A stretch of DNA of 64,000 nucleotides from an uncultured Chitinophaga sp. GTDB taxonomy: Bacteria; Bacteroidota; Bacteroidia; Chitinophagales; LD1. The position numbers and the translations under genes were made by a program. The notes beneath the pieces were generated by a model that saw nothing but the letters and a program-made list of their open reading frames with translations, had not been told where the DNA came from and made no database searches. Position 1 is the stretch's first letter; each line of letters opens with the position of its first letter. Location of the stretch: positions 326 through 64,325 of the forward strand of contig CAZTNA010000007.1 of the NCBI GenBank assembly GCA_964615305.1, in the 5' to 3' direction. Below, piece after piece: positions 18,566-29,342 of this stretch.

Positions 18566-19282
18566 ATGAAACTTGATATACTGGCTATAGGTGCCCACCC
18601 GGATGATGTTGAATTAGGTTGCGCAGGTACGCTTTTAAAGCATATTGCTGAAGGCTATAAAGCAGGAATTGTAGATTTAACTTTAGGTGAGTTGGGCACC
18701 CGCGGCTCGGTAGCTGATCGAATGCGAGAAGTAAAAACCGCATCAAAAATTATTGGTCTTTCGGCACGCGAAAACTTAAAGTTCAAAGACGGTTTTTTTC
18801 AAAACGACAAAGCCCATCAACAGAAACTTATACAGGTAATTCGTAAATACAAGCCCGATGTGGTTTTAACCAATGCCGTCTCGGATCGCCACCCTGACCA
18901 CGGAAGAAGCGCTCAACTAACAAGAGACGCTTGCTTTCTTTCAGGATTGACCAAAATTAAAACCACACTGAACGGAAAGAAACAAGAAGCACACCGACCC
19001 AAAGCAGTTTACCATTATATACAAGCCTTGCACATACCCCCCACTTTTGTAGTGGATATTACCAATCATTTTGAAAAAAAACTGGAAGCCATACACGCCT
19101 TCAAATCGCAGTTTTACAACCCCGATTCAACTGAACCCAACACATTTATTTCTTCTCCTGAGTTTTTAGACTTTGTAATGGCTAGAGCCATACATTTTGG
19201 CTTGCCGGCCGGTGTTAAATATGCCGAAGCTTTTACCGTCAGCAAACCTGTTGGTGTTCCTAACATCTTGAAGCTTTTCTAA
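18566..19282 (+). CDS. bshB1: Bacillithiol biosynthesis deacetylase (LmbE/PIG-L family)
   Basis: ILAIGAHPDDVELGCAGT and SDRHPDH motifs. Confidence 0.8.
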   Translation: MKLDILAIGAHPDDVELGCAGTLLKHIAEGYKAGIVDLTLGELGTRGSVADRMREVKTASKIIGLSARENLKFKDGFFQNDKAHQQKLIQVIRKYKPDVVLTNAVSDRHPDHGRSAQLTRDACFLSGLTKIKTTLNGKKQEAHRPKAVYHYIQALHIPPTFVVDITNHFEKKLEAIHAFKSQFYNPDSTEPNTFISSPEFLDFVMARAIHFGLPAGVKYAEAFTVSKPVGVPNILKLF

Positions 19283-19388
19283 AGTTTGGTTATACGTGGT
19301 GAAATCTGAAACGATCAACCGGACTTTAAACATTTAACGTTAACATAACATTGCTAGAATAGATTTGCCGCAACATAAAACCAATCAT

Positions 19389-20033
19389 ATGGCATTAGGC
19401 AAAATATTCTCATTCTTGGTTCCAAAAGACAAGAACTTCTTTAAACTGTTTGCACAGTCGTCAAACAATCTGGTAGAAATCTCTAAAACATTTTCAGAAA
19501 TGGCCAACGCAAGTTCTGAGAGACGTCAGGAATTGCAAAAGAAAATTGCCGATCTGGAACACGTGGGCGATGAAATTACACATCAGATTTTCACAGAACT
19601 AAGTACCAACTTTATTACACCGTTTGACCGCGAAGACATTTCTTACCTCGCCTCATCATTAGACGACATTGTTGATTACATACACGGTAGCGCCAAACGC
19701 TTAGATACTTACAAGATAGACGAGATTTCTCCGGCTATGAAAAAACTATGTGAAATCATTGAACACTCAGCCAAAGAAATTCATGTAGCCGTTTCAAACA
19801 TGAAAGACATGAACAATATAGTACGTGTTCGCGAAGCTATTGTGCGCATAAACAGTTTAGAAAATCATGCCGATGATATTTTCGATAACGCCATAGCTGA
19901 ATTGTTCGAAAATGAAAAAGATGCTATAAGGGTAATAAAGTTAAAGGAAATACTTTCAAATATGGAAACCGCTACTGACAAATGCGAAGATGTAGCTAAT
20001 GTAATTGAAACCATTATTGTAAAGAACTCTTAG
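19389..20033 (+). CDS. DUF47/PhoU-like phosphate transport regulator
   Basis: MALGKIFSFLVPKDKNFF...HVGDEITH...ENHADD pattern, immediately upstream of the PiT transporter. Confidence 0.8.
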   Translation: MALGKIFSFLVPKDKNFFKLFAQSSNNLVEISKTFSEMANASSERRQELQKKIADLEHVGDEITHQIFTELSTNFITPFDREDISYLASSLDDIVDYIHGSAKRLDTYKIDEISPAMKKLCEIIEHSAKEIHVAVSNMKDMNNIVRVREAIVRINSLENHADDIFDNAIAELFENEKDAIRVIKLKEILSNMETATDKCEDVANVIETIIVKNS

Positions 20034-20110
20034 AAATAGTGAAACGGCTTTATTCTCTGATAGATTTTTCTGCCTTAAACAATCGCCCTTTTCCCTTATA
20101 AACAAACAAT

Positions 20111-21157
20111 ATGTTCGAGATACTCGTAGTCATCATAGTTCTTGCCCTTATATTCGATTTTATAAATGGCTTTCACGATTCTGCCAACTCTATAGCTACT
20201 ATTGTTTCTACCCGGGTACTTACCCCTTTTCAGGCGGTGGTTTGGGCTGCATTTTTTAATGTAGTAGCTTACTGGATTTCAGAATTAAAAGTAGCCGATA
20301 CAGTTGCTAAAACGGTAAGACCCGAGGCTATTACGCTAACGGTGGTAATGGCCGGCTTAATTGCAGCTATTCTTTGGAATTTGCTTACCTGGTATTTAGG
20401 GATTCCGTCCAGTTCGTCACACACACTAATGGGTGGGTTTGCCGGTGCGGCTATAGCTCATGCCGGATTCGATGTGGTAAACATGAAAATTGTAACAAAA
20501 ACTGTTTCGTTTATTGTTTTAGCTCCTCTTATTGGTCTGCTTTTATCATATCTCTTATCCGTGTTATTGTTATGGGCTTGCCGAAAAACCAACCCTTTTA
20601 AAATGGATGGATGGTTTAAACGGTTGCAATTAGTTTCATCAGCACTATTCAGTATTGGGCACGGAGGAAACGATGCTCAAAAAGTAATGGGCATTATAGC
20701 CGCAACCATGATTGTTTATGCTCACCAAACTGGCATTGACCCTAACAATGTTCCAGGTTGGATGCATATTGACCAAGTGGAAGGCAAGATAGTTCACATA
20801 CCCAGCTGGATAAGCATGGCATGTTACGCGGCAATTGGATTGGGAACTTTGATGGGTGGCTGGAGAATTGTAAAAACTATGGGCAGCAAAATTACCAAGC
20901 TAACACCGTTTGAGGGTGTGGCCGCAGAAACTGCCGGTGCTATTACACTCTTTGCCACCGAAAAACTAGGCATCCCCGTTTCAACTACCCACACCATTAC
21001 AGGTTCTATAATAGGTGTGGGTTTAACCAAGCGAATTTCTGCAGTTCGTTGGGGAGTAACAATCAATATTCTGTGGGCATGGATTCTTACAATACCTGTA
21101 TCAGGATCTTTGGGAGCAGCAATTTACTTTATAGCTAAGCAGTACTTTGGGGAGTAA
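20111..21157 (+). CDS. Inorganic phosphate transporter, PiT family
   Basis: FINGFHDSANSIAT and GHGGNDAQK motifs; polytopic. Confidence 0.9.
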   Translation: MFEILVVIIVLALIFDFINGFHDSANSIATIVSTRVLTPFQAVVWAAFFNVVAYWISELKVADTVAKTVRPEAITLTVVMAGLIAAILWNLLTWYLGIPSSSSHTLMGGFAGAAIAHAGFDVVNMKIVTKTVSFIVLAPLIGLLLSYLLSVLLLWACRKTNPFKMDGWFKRLQLVSSALFSIGHGGNDAQKVMGIIAATMIVYAHQTGIDPNNVPGWMHIDQVEGKIVHIPSWISMACYAAIGLGTLMGGWRIVKTMGSKITKLTPFEGVAAETAGAITLFATEKLGIPVSTTHTITGSIIGVGLTKRISAVRWGVTINILWAWILTIPVSGSLGAAIYFIAKQYFGE

Positions 21158-21267
21158 TCTATTTCCGCATTACAATTTTTTGTATTTGGCCTCTAACAGT
21201 AAACCAAAAAATTCTTGAATTGCCATTTTACCAGCAATAAAAAAGTAGGCGAGTTATTGTTTATCTT

Positions 21268-22197
21268 TTAATTACCAAATGCTGCCACTTCCACCAAAAA
21301 TTTTTCATCCAAAGCACCTAAGTCCTGGGCGGCTGTGTTTGTCAGCTTTACAGTAATGTCTTGTGCGGTGTCTGTTGAAGGTAGCTTACCCATTACCTTC
21401 ACAAAAATTGTCTTTTTATTCATAAGGTTGGTTACACGTATTATTGACCCGGTTTCGGCTCCATTATAAAAGGCAAGATGTTGATTGCCGGAAGTTGCAT
21501 CGGATAAATAGTTAGCAGCCCCCTTGGTTTTCTTAATCTTAAAACCATGAGTAGTATATTGATTAAATATTGCCGGATATTCTGCCACATTTGATGATGA
21601 AGTGCGTAGTCCTTCTGTAATCACTGTTGGTTTTGGTGCATCGGTTCTTGGTTTTTCAACCAAAACGGTTTCCGGCTCTAGCGTGGCCTCTGATTTGCGA
21701 ATTTCTGTCAACATTACTCTTTCGCGAACGTCTTCTTCGCGGTAAGGAGTGTCAGGCGTAGAAGGCACTGCAATGGGTTTGTATATTGCCTGGCTGTTCA
21801 TTTTACTTACTATCAGTTTTTGCCCGGGATGAACACCGGTGCTACTTAAACTATTCCATGTTTTCAGTTCATGGATAGTTACTCCGTACTTTTTACATAG
21901 TGAATACAACGTTTCGCCTTTAGTAATAGTGTGTACTCGTGCCGGAATTTGTTTGCCTGCACTAAGAGTTATTTGTTTCTGCACAACTGCACCTTTAGCC
22001 GGTATAGAAATTCGTTGACCAATTTTTAACCCCTGGCTGGTAGTAATATGGTTGGCGTTAGCAATCTCTGACATGCTTACTGCATACTTTTTCGAAACAC
22101 TGTACAGGGTTTCGCCTTTTTTAACTGTATGCGTGGTTTGTGCTGTAGCCACCATCATGCTTACGCCAAAATATACACTAAATAATATTCTTCTCAT
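21268..22197 (-). CDS. LysM-domain peptidoglycan-binding protein
   Basis: Two LysM units (HTVKKGETLYSVSKKY..., HTITKGETLYSLCKKY...) after a signal peptide. Confidence 0.8.
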   Translation of the reverse strand: MRRILFSVYFGVSMMVATAQTTHTVKKGETLYSVSKKYAVSMSEIANANHITTSQGLKIGQRISIPAKGAVVQKQITLSAGKQIPARVHTITKGETLYSLCKKYGVTIHELKTWNSLSSTGVHPGQKLIVSKMNSQAIYKPIAVPSTPDTPYREEDVRERVMLTEIRKSEATLEPETVLVEKPRTDAPKPTVITEGLRTSSSNVAEYPAIFNQYTTHGFKIKKTKGAANYLSDATSGNQHLAFYNGAETGSIIRVTNLMNKKTIFVKVMGKLPSTDTAQDITVKLTNTAAQDLGALDEKFLVEVAAFGN

Positions 22198-22244
22198 GGC
22201 TTATTTTATTGTTAACACAAAAGTATTACCGTTAATATTGCTGC

Positions 22245-23585
22245 ATGAAACTAAGTAACCCCATACTAACACTGCTTCTGCTTGTTCTGTTCAGTATTGT
22301 AAACGTACAAGCACATAAAAAAATTGTGTATCAGTTTCAGATTCATGAAGAAATAGGCCCGGCCATGACGCGGCTTACCCAAATTGCCATTGCCGAAGCT
22401 GAAAAACTAAATGCCGCTTACCTACTTATTGACATGGACACCTACGGTGGCCTGGTTGCTGATGGCGATAATATTCGTACCGCTCTGCTTAAAACAAAAA
22501 TACCTACAATGGTGTTGGTGCGAAACAATGCCGCTAGTGCAGGGGCTTTGATTGCTATTGCATGTGACAGTATTTACATGATGCCCGGAAGTACCATAGG
22601 TGCCGCTTCTGTAGTAAATCAAGAAGGGGAATTAATGCCGGAAAAGTATCAGAGTTATATGCGTAAAAAAATGCGCGCTACCGCTGAAGAAACGGGAAGA
22701 AGTCCACTTATAGCCGAAGGCATGACGGATGAAAACCTAGTAATAGACAGCATTAAAGAAAAAGGAAAAATTGTAACCTTTAGTGTCAAAGAAGCAATTA
22801 AGTACGGCTACTGTAACCGAGAAGTAAACTCAGCAGAAGATATAGTTAAGTTGTTGAACGATAGCGACTATGAAATTAAAGACCACGTTTCAGGTGCTAT
22901 TGAAAAAGCTTTGTTATGGTTAGTAAACCCTGCTGTATCCGGCATATTTCTTTTGTTCATTTTTGCCGGCATATACTTTGAGTTTAAAGCTCCGGGAACT
23001 TTGTTGCCAATAGCGCTATCAATTGTAGCAGCCTTGTTCTACTTTGCCCCTCTATACTTAGAAGGACTTGCAGCCAATTGGGAGATACTAGTTTTTGCAG
23101 TTGGCATTATTCTGTTGCTGCTCGAAATATTTGTAATACCAGGGTTTGGAGTAGCAGGCATTGCAGGTACATGCGGCATTATTACCGGACTAACCTTAGC
23201 ACTGATTCGCAACATTAACTTTGACTTTAGTTTTGTTCCAAGTGGCAGTGTTGCAGTGTCATTTTTTATGGTAACAGTGGCCATGGCTTTACCCTTGGTT
23301 GTGCTTTTAATATTTGGTCAACAAATTTTCAATTCGTCTATTTTTAAAAAAATGGGGGTAGAAGCAGAAATGACAACAGCCCAAGGCTTTTCTATTAAAG
23401 ACTCAGCCCTCGAAAACCTGATTGGTGCTTCCGGAGTAACAGCTACACACTTACGCCCTTCCGGAAAGGTTGAAATAGATAACGAACTTTACGATGCTAT
23501 TACAGATGGTAGCTTTATTAGTAAAGACACAAATGTTAAGGTAATAGAGGTGCGCTCAACATACTTAGTAGTTAAAAACCTGTAG
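22245..23585 (+). CDS. NfeD-family membrane-bound ClpP-class serine protease
   Basis: ClpP-like N-domain, 4-5 TM helices, and a C-terminal NfeD OB-like domain (GKVEIDNELYDAITDGSFI). Confidence 0.8.
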   Translation: MKLSNPILTLLLLVLFSIVNVQAHKKIVYQFQIHEEIGPAMTRLTQIAIAEAEKLNAAYLLIDMDTYGGLVADGDNIRTALLKTKIPTMVLVRNNAASAGALIAIACDSIYMMPGSTIGAASVVNQEGELMPEKYQSYMRKKMRATAEETGRSPLIAEGMTDENLVIDSIKEKGKIVTFSVKEAIKYGYCNREVNSAEDIVKLLNDSDYEIKDHVSGAIEKALLWLVNPAVSGIFLLFIFAGIYFEFKAPGTLLPIALSIVAALFYFAPLYLEGLAANWEILVFAVGIILLLLEIFVIPGFGVAGIAGTCGIITGLTLALIRNINFDFSFVPSGSVAVSFFMVTVAMALPLVVLLIFGQQIFNSSIFKKMGVEAEMTTAQGFSIKDSALENLIGASGVTATHLRPSGKVEIDNELYDAITDGSFISKDTNVKVIEVRSTYLVVKNL

Positions 23586-23759
23586 AGTAACAGATTTACA
23601 AGCATGGTTGTGATGTAAAGGGTTGAATGGGCAACAAAACACATTTTTTATCCGGTGTCAATTCAGTTTACAATTGCAAACACTTGTTATGAAAAGCTAT
23701 CGGTAATTATAAGACGCTTTTTCATGCCACTTTACAACAACCGATTATACTTGCAACAA

Positions 23760-25451
23760 ATGACTACGAACAAAACAGCGGTTCAACTACTAGTAGATGT
23801 ATGCCGGCAAAGCGGAATTAGTCATGTCGTATTTTCACCGGGATCGCGTTCTGCACCGTTAGTTATTGGATTTTCAGCCATACCAGAAATTGAATGTTTG
23901 GTGATACCTGACGAACGTGTAGCCGGATACTTTGCACTTGGCATGGCACAACAACTACGCAAACCCGTTGCAGTAGTTTGCACCTCAGGCACAGCAGTGT
24001 TAAATCTTATACCTGCTGTGTGCGAGGCATACTATCAACAAGTACCTCTGCTGATTATTACTGCCGATAGATCTGAAGGAGCTGTTTCAAGAGGCGAAAA
24101 TCAAGCTATTGACCAAAGTTCGGCAATGGCTGCTTTTGTAGCAAATGAGTTAAATTTTAATGGCGAATGTAAATCTGAAGTTGAGCTGAACGACATTGCA
24201 AATGGGCTGATTCACTCACTTAACATCATGAAATTAGAAAGTAAGCCAATTCACATAAATGTGCCGCTAAAAGAACCTTTATACGAAAGAGCTGTGCCTA
24301 AACCAACTACTTTTGAAAATTGGAAGTTTATTGAAACAGTTACAAATAATGTGGAAACAACTCTTGATGATGAACTTATATTTCTAAAAAACCGCTTAAA
24401 TGTTAGCGAAAAAATATTGTTATACATCAGTGCTCACGAACCCGATAAACATTTTCTGAAACAAATAGAACAACTTGCTCAGCGTGCAGATACTGTTGTT
24501 GTTACAGAAAGTACTTCTAACTGCTTTTTTTTGCAAGCTGTAAACAACTTTGAGGCCTGCGTCAGACTGATTAGCGAATCGAATATTACAAGTTTTCTGC
24601 CCGATGTAATTGTAACGTTCGGAAAAAATCCTGTCTCCAAACAATTCATCCACTTTTTCTCAAACCGAGAACGTACTACACATATAGACGCTAACAACAC
24701 AGATAAAAAAAACTATTTCGGGTATGGTATAACATGCGCGCAACTAAATAAAAATCAAATATTAGAATGCCTTCTGGAAAATGCTGAAAAAACGAATACA
24801 ACATTTAGCACCTATTGGGCAAATATCAACAAAAAGGCAAATAAACTAACAGCTAATTACCTGACAAGCACACCGTTTTGCGATTTAAAAGTTTTCGAAA
24901 TTCTTACACAGTCTTTCCCATCGGGTTCAAATATTCAATACGGCAACTCAACTCCTATTCGATACTCCAACCTCTTTACATATAGCAATGACCTAACCAT
25001 ACATGCCAATCGCGGTGCAAGTGGTATTGACGGGTGTGTAAGCACTGCAGCCGGTGCTTCATATATACATAGAGGCATCACCATTTCAATTATTGGCGAT
25101 ATCAGTTTTTTTTATGACAGCAATTCGCTTTGGAACAACTACCTTTCACCCAACCTTCGTATAATTGTAATAAACAACAGCGGGGGAAACATTTTCCGTT
25201 TAATAGACGGACCAAATAGTGTTAGCGATTTTGAAAAGTTTTTTGAAACCAAACATCAGTTAAACGCATCGCACCTTGCTTCTATGTTTGGTTTGCCCTA
25301 TTACATTTGCACAAACCAAGAACAGTTGCAGCAGACTTTGAAAACATTTTACCAGCCTTCATCAAAGGCACAGATATTAGAAGTTAAAACAAATGGAGAA
25401 CAAAGTGCAGAAGTTTTCCGAAGATATTTTACCAATATAAAGAAACATTAA
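23760..25451 (+). CDS. menD: SEPHCHC synthase (2-succinyl-5-enolpyruvyl-6-hydroxy-3-cyclohexene-1-carboxylate synthase)
   Basis: ThDP enzyme pattern (VFSPGSRSAPL, CTSGTA, GDISFFYDSN). Start chosen at MTTNKTAVQLL. Followed by menB. Confidence 0.85.
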   Translation: MTTNKTAVQLLVDVCRQSGISHVVFSPGSRSAPLVIGFSAIPEIECLVIPDERVAGYFALGMAQQLRKPVAVVCTSGTAVLNLIPAVCEAYYQQVPLLIITADRSEGAVSRGENQAIDQSSAMAAFVANELNFNGECKSEVELNDIANGLIHSLNIMKLESKPIHINVPLKEPLYERAVPKPTTFENWKFIETVTNNVETTLDDELIFLKNRLNVSEKILLYISAHEPDKHFLKQIEQLAQRADTVVVTESTSNCFFLQAVNNFEACVRLISESNITSFLPDVIVTFGKNPVSKQFIHFFSNRERTTHIDANNTDKKNYFGYGITCAQLNKNQILECLLENAEKTNTTFSTYWANINKKANKLTANYLTSTPFCDLKVFEILTQSFPSGSNIQYGNSTPIRYSNLFTYSNDLTIHANRGASGIDGCVSTAAGASYIHRGITISIIGDISFFYDSNSLWNNYLSPNLRIIVINNSGGNIFRLIDGPNSVSDFEKFFETKHQLNASHLASMFGLPYYICTNQEQLQQTLKTFYQPSSKAQILEVKTNGEQSAEVFRRYFTNIKKH

Positions 25452-25457
25452 ACAGAC

Positions 25458-26279
25458 ATGAGCAAACGGAACTGGAAAAGCATAAAAGTTTACGAGGAAA
25501 TAAAATTTGAATTCTTTGAGGGCATTGCAAAAATAACCATCAACCGACCCAGGTATCGCAACGCTTTTACGCCCCTAACTGTACAAGAGATGATAGATGC
25601 CATGAATATCTGCCGCGACAGCCAGGATATTGAAATAATTGTGTTTACCGGAGAAGGGGATATGGCTTTCTGCAGTGGAGGCGATCAAAACGTACGTGGG
25701 CACGGTGGCTATGTAGGTAAAGATACTGTTCCCCGATTAAACGTACTTGATTTACAAAAACAGATTAGATCTATTCCGAAATGTGTAATAGCCATGGTAA
25801 ATGGTTTTGCCGTAGGTGGTGGCCACGTTTTGCATGTGGTATGTGATTTATCAATTGCCAGCGAGAATGCAATTTTTGGGCAAACAGGCCCAAAAGTTGG
25901 TAGTTTTGATGGTGGTTTTGGTGCCAGTTATTTAGCCCGTTGTGTTGGACAAAAGAAAGCTCGAGAAATATGGTACCTCTGCGACCAGTACAATGCTCAG
26001 GACGCTCTTCAAATGGGTTTAGTGAACAAGGTGGTTCCTCTTGAAATGCTGGAAGACGAAACCGTAAAATGGTGCAAAAAAGTGCAGGAAAAATCGCCAC
26101 TTTCTATCCGTATGCTTAAATCTTCCTTTAATGCCGAGTTAGATGGTCAGGCGGGTATTCAAGAGTTAGCCGGTAATGCCACCTTGCTATATTACCTGAG
26201 CGATGAGGCAAAAGAAGGCAAAAATGCATTTATCGAGAAACGCCAACCAGATTGGAGTAAGTTCCCAAAGTTTCCGTAA
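25458..26279 (+). CDS. menB: 1,4-dihydroxy-2-naphthoyl-CoA synthase
   Basis: Crotonase fold with MenB motifs ([25 protein letters not shown]). Confidence 0.92.
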   Translation: MSKRNWKSIKVYEEIKFEFFEGIAKITINRPRYRNAFTPLTVQEMIDAMNICRDSQDIEIIVFTGEGDMAFCSGGDQNVRGHGGYVGKDTVPRLNVLDLQKQIRSIPKCVIAMVNGFAVGGGHVLHVVCDLSIASENAIFGQTGPKVGSFDGGFGASYLARCVGQKKAREIWYLCDQYNAQDALQMGLVNKVVPLEMLEDETVKWCKKVQEKSPLSIRMLKSSFNAELDGQAGIQELAGNATLLYYLSDEAKEGKNAFIEKRQPDWSKFPKFP

Positions 26280-26299
26280 CTCATTTCATTTACATAGAA

Positions 26300-26330
26300 G
26301 TTGCAATTTTCAATTGCGTACTTATATTTG
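26300..26330 (+). promoter_or_regulatory. Bacteroidota-type promoter for rplU-rpmA
   Basis: Exact -7 box TATATTTG (TAnnTTTG) at 26323-26330, with gTTG 19 nt upstream. It lies 20 nt before the rplU ATG. Confidence 0.5.
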
Positions 26331-26350
26331 CGCTCCCAAAATTTAAAATC

Positions 26351-26659
26351 ATGTACGCAATAGTAGAGATACAAGGACAACAGTTTAAGGCAGAAGCCGG
26401 TAAAAAACTTTTTGTTCATCGTTTAGAAGGTAATGCCGGTGATGCTGTGTCTTTCGACCGCGTACTGCTTACCGATGATAATGGAACTGTTAAAGTAGGC
26501 ACACCTACCGTAGGTGGAGTAAAGGTAAATGCAAAAATTGTAGAACATCTAAAAGACGATAAAGTGATGATTTACAAGAAAAAGCGTAGAAAGACTTACG
26601 AAAAAACACAAGGTCACCGTCAGTCGCTAACTCAAATTTCAATAGAAAGCATCGCTTAA
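26351..26659 (+). CDS. rplU: 50S ribosomal protein L21
   Basis: MYAIVEIQGQQFK... is a canonical L21 N-terminus. Confidence 0.95.
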   Translation: MYAIVEIQGQQFKAEAGKKLFVHRLEGNAGDAVSFDRVLLTDDNGTVKVGTPTVGGVKVNAKIVEHLKDDKVMIYKKKRRKTYEKTQGHRQSLTQISIESIA

Positions 26660-26691
26660 TTTATTTAAAAAATATTTCAACTCTATAAGTC

Positions 26692-26949
26692 ATGGCACAT
26701 AAGAAAGGCGAAGGTAAGGTAAAGAACGGACGCGACTCGCACAGTAAACGTTTAGGCATTAAAATATTTGGTGGAAACGCAGCAAACCCCGGAAACATTA
26801 TTGTGCGCCAGCGTGGCACAAACTACCACCCCGGCAAGGGCGTAATGATTGGTAAAGATCATACCATATTCGCTTCTACCGAAGGTGTTGTAAAGTTTAC
26901 AAAAGGCAAAAACGACCGCACTTTTGTTCACGTAGTGGCGGTAGCTTAA
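26692..26949 (+). CDS. rpmA: 50S ribosomal protein L27
   Basis: MAHKKGEG...NGRDS..KRLG.K..GG is canonical L27. Confidence 0.95.
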   Translation: MAHKKGEGKVKNGRDSHSKRLGIKIFGGNAANPGNIIVRQRGTNYHPGKGVMIGKDHTIFASTEGVVKFTKGKNDRTFVHVVAVA

Positions 26950-26974
26950 GCCAGTACAGTAGCATAAGAAAAAT

Positions 26975-27015
26975 AAAAGCGCTGTTCCGAATTGGGATGG
27001 CGCTTTTATTTTTGG
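26975..27015 (+). terminator. Rho-independent terminator after rpmA
   Basis: AAAAGCGC (26975-26982) pairs with GCGCTTTT (27000-27007), followed by ATTTTT. Confidence 0.7.
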
Positions 27016-27045
27016 TGGCTGTTAAACTTAAATACATTCGCTCTT

Positions 27046-27873
27046 ATGAACAGGCAGCAACTCTTTCAACTGATTGTAAAAAAGAAATCTTTTCTCTGCG
27101 TTGGACTTGATACAGACTTACACCTGATTCCTAAACATCTTCACAGCCATGCTGACCCAATTTTTGAATTCAACAAAGCAATTATTGACGCTACCATTGA
27201 TTTAGCCGTGGCTTACAAACCTAATATAGCGTTCTACGAAAGTATGGGGGTAAAAGGGTGGATAAGCCTCGAAAAAACAATGGAATACCTCTACCAATAC
27301 AAAAATGAGGTATTTACTATTGCAGATGCTAAAAGGGGCGATATTGGTAATACTTCTAAAATGTACGCTCGAGCATTTTTCGAGAACATGAATTTTGACT
27401 CGGTTACAGTGGCTCCATACATGGGAGAGGATTCTGTAACCCCATTTCTTGAATATGAAAGTAAGTGGGTAATTCTACTCGGACTAACTTCCAATAAAGG
27501 CAGCAATGATTTTCAATTTCTTCAAACACCAGAAGGCAAATTATTCGAGTCAGTAATACGGAAAGCTCAAAATTGGGGAAGCCCCGACAAATTAATGTTT
27601 GTGGCCGGAGCTACGCACCCTCAGGAATTCAGTAATTTAAGAAACCTTGCGCCTGATTATTTTTTTCTGGTTCCCGGAGTAGGTGCACAAGGCGGAGATA
27701 TGGAAAACATTTGTAAAAATGGGTTAAATAGCCATTGCGGTTTACTCATTAACTCTGCACGGCAAATAATTTACGCGTCAAAAGGAACAGATTTTGCAGA
27801 AACCGCCCGGGCTGTAACGTTGGAAACTTGCAAAAAAATGTTGCCATTTGTATCAAGTTTTGTTACTGAATAA
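27046..27873 (+). CDS. pyrF: Orotidine 5'-phosphate decarboxylase (type 2)
   Basis: Motifs [20 protein letters not shown] and [10 protein letters not shown]. Start chosen at MNRQQLF. Confidence 0.9.
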   Translation: MNRQQLFQLIVKKKSFLCVGLDTDLHLIPKHLHSHADPIFEFNKAIIDATIDLAVAYKPNIAFYESMGVKGWISLEKTMEYLYQYKNEVFTIADAKRGDIGNTSKMYARAFFENMNFDSVTVAPYMGEDSVTPFLEYESKWVILLGLTSNKGSNDFQFLQTPEGKLFESVIRKAQNWGSPDKLMFVAGATHPQEFSNLRNLAPDYFFLVPGVGAQGGDMENICKNGLNSHCGLLINSARQIIYASKGTDFAETARAVTLETCKKMLPFVSSFVTE

Positions 27874-27911
27874 AAAATCATTCTACATTTATCGCAACAA
27901 AAAATTAAAGC

Positions 27912-28646
27912 ATGAAGAAAACAGTATTTACAATTCTCTCTATTCTATTGGTAAGCGGATCGTTACTAGCTCAGGATGCGTTTGATGCTCAAAGCAAGGT
28001 GTATAAAGCCGCACTCAAAAACTATGATTTGCAAGCCGCCACTATTGCTCTCTACAATATGGCTGCATTAAAACCAGAAAGAACTGACCTTCAGGATTCT
28101 TTAGCCCTTTTGTATTTTGCAGGAGAGCGTTATCCGCAAGCATATCTTATTGGTGAGGAAATTCTAAAGGCTAATCCAAAACGTACTGATATGTTAGAAC
28201 TTGTTGCTGTTTCAAAGCAAAATCTTGGCTTAATTAAAGAAGCTTTAGCAGATTATGAAAAACTGTACGCTGGCGATAAATCAGTTTATTACCTCTACCA
28301 AATCTCTACTTTGCAGTACCAATTGAAACGCTACGGTGAGTGCGTGGCATCACTTGACCAAATTATAGCTAACCCCGAAAGCGACAAGCAAAAAGTAAAC
28401 ATCCGCGTGCAGAATGGTTCTCAGGATATACCAATGAAAGCAGCTGCTCTGAACGTAAAAGGCATTTGTGCTGTGGAGTTGAACCAAGATGCCGCAGCAA
28501 TTGACAACTTTAACAAAGCATTGGCAATTTCACCGGATTTTGTTTTAGCCAAAGGCAATCTAGAGAGCTTAACCAAGAAGCAAGATAAATCTGTACCGGT
28601 TAAATCGCCTTCATCAAGCGTAAAATCAACAACTGCCCCAAAATAA
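27912..28646 (+). CDS. Secreted TPR-repeat protein
   Basis: Signal peptide plus TPR-like helical repeats. Confidence 0.6.
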   Translation: MKKTVFTILSILLVSGSLLAQDAFDAQSKVYKAALKNYDLQAATIALYNMAALKPERTDLQDSLALLYFAGERYPQAYLIGEEILKANPKRTDMLELVAVSKQNLGLIKEALADYEKLYAGDKSVYYLYQISTLQYQLKRYGECVASLDQIIANPESDKQKVNIRVQNGSQDIPMKAAALNVKGICAVELNQDAAAIDNFNKALAISPDFVLAKGNLESLTKKQDKSVPVKSPSSSVKSTTAPK

Positions 28647-28666
28647 AACCATAAAATAAATCAATC

Positions 28667-28702
28667 AAAAAAGGCTGCTTTAACATTGGGCAGCCTTTTT
28701 TG
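28667..28702 (+). terminator. Rho-independent terminator
   Basis: AAGGCTGC (28671-28678) pairs with GCAGCCTT (28690-28697), followed by TTTTTG. Confidence 0.7.
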
Positions 28703-28794
28703 TGTACTGTTTTATCAGTTATCTACATACGGCAATACAATAACTGAAATTGAGTTTTGAAACATTGGAATATACTTTTGGAAAAAATCCTTAT

Positions 28795-29187
28795 ATGAAA
28801 AAGTTTTTCCCAATAATTTTACTACTGGCTAGCTGTCAAATTGTGCAGGCGCAATATTCGCTGGTTTTTTGCGAAGATGTTACTCCAGAAGGCAAACCGA
28901 CCATGGTATCTAATTCATTTATGGTTGATGGTGCAGGAGGTGTTCTTAAATTTTTGCTTCGTTCCGATGACAAATTAAATACGGAGCAACTCGACTTCCG
29001 TATTTTTTACATGAACGATTCGGGAATAGAAGAAGAAATATCACGCATGCCTCAAAAAGTAGGTTCCGACTGGAATTACGTCTGGAAAGAAGTAGTAATG
29101 TTTGACCCAGGCACCTATAAAGTTAAAGTTTATACAGGCAAAGGCACCTATTTAACTTCCGCCAATCTGAGTGTAAAAGGCCGTTAA
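28795..29187 (+). CDS. Small secreted hypothetical protein
   Basis: ATG at 28795 gives signal peptide MKKFFPIILLLASCQIVQAQ. Confidence 0.55.
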   Translation: MKKFFPIILLLASCQIVQAQYSLVFCEDVTPEGKPTMVSNSFMVDGAGGVLKFLLRSDDKLNTEQLDFRIFYMNDSGIEEEISRMPQKVGSDWNYVWKEVVMFDPGTYKVKVYTGKGTYLTSANLSVKGR

Positions 29188-29342
29188 TCTATGATGTATT
29201 TTCCACGTATTCTTTAGTGATTAATTCTTGTAACATTTCAGGAAACACATTCTTGAGTGTTTCCGTATAATCATCATAGGGCCTTTGCTACAGAGGCTCA
29301 ACACTCATTGAACCATTTAAGACTCAAAACTTCAGATTAAAA

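Noticed and set aside
25771-26100. 109 aa minus-strand ORF
   Set aside because: It lies entirely antisense to the strongly supported menB.
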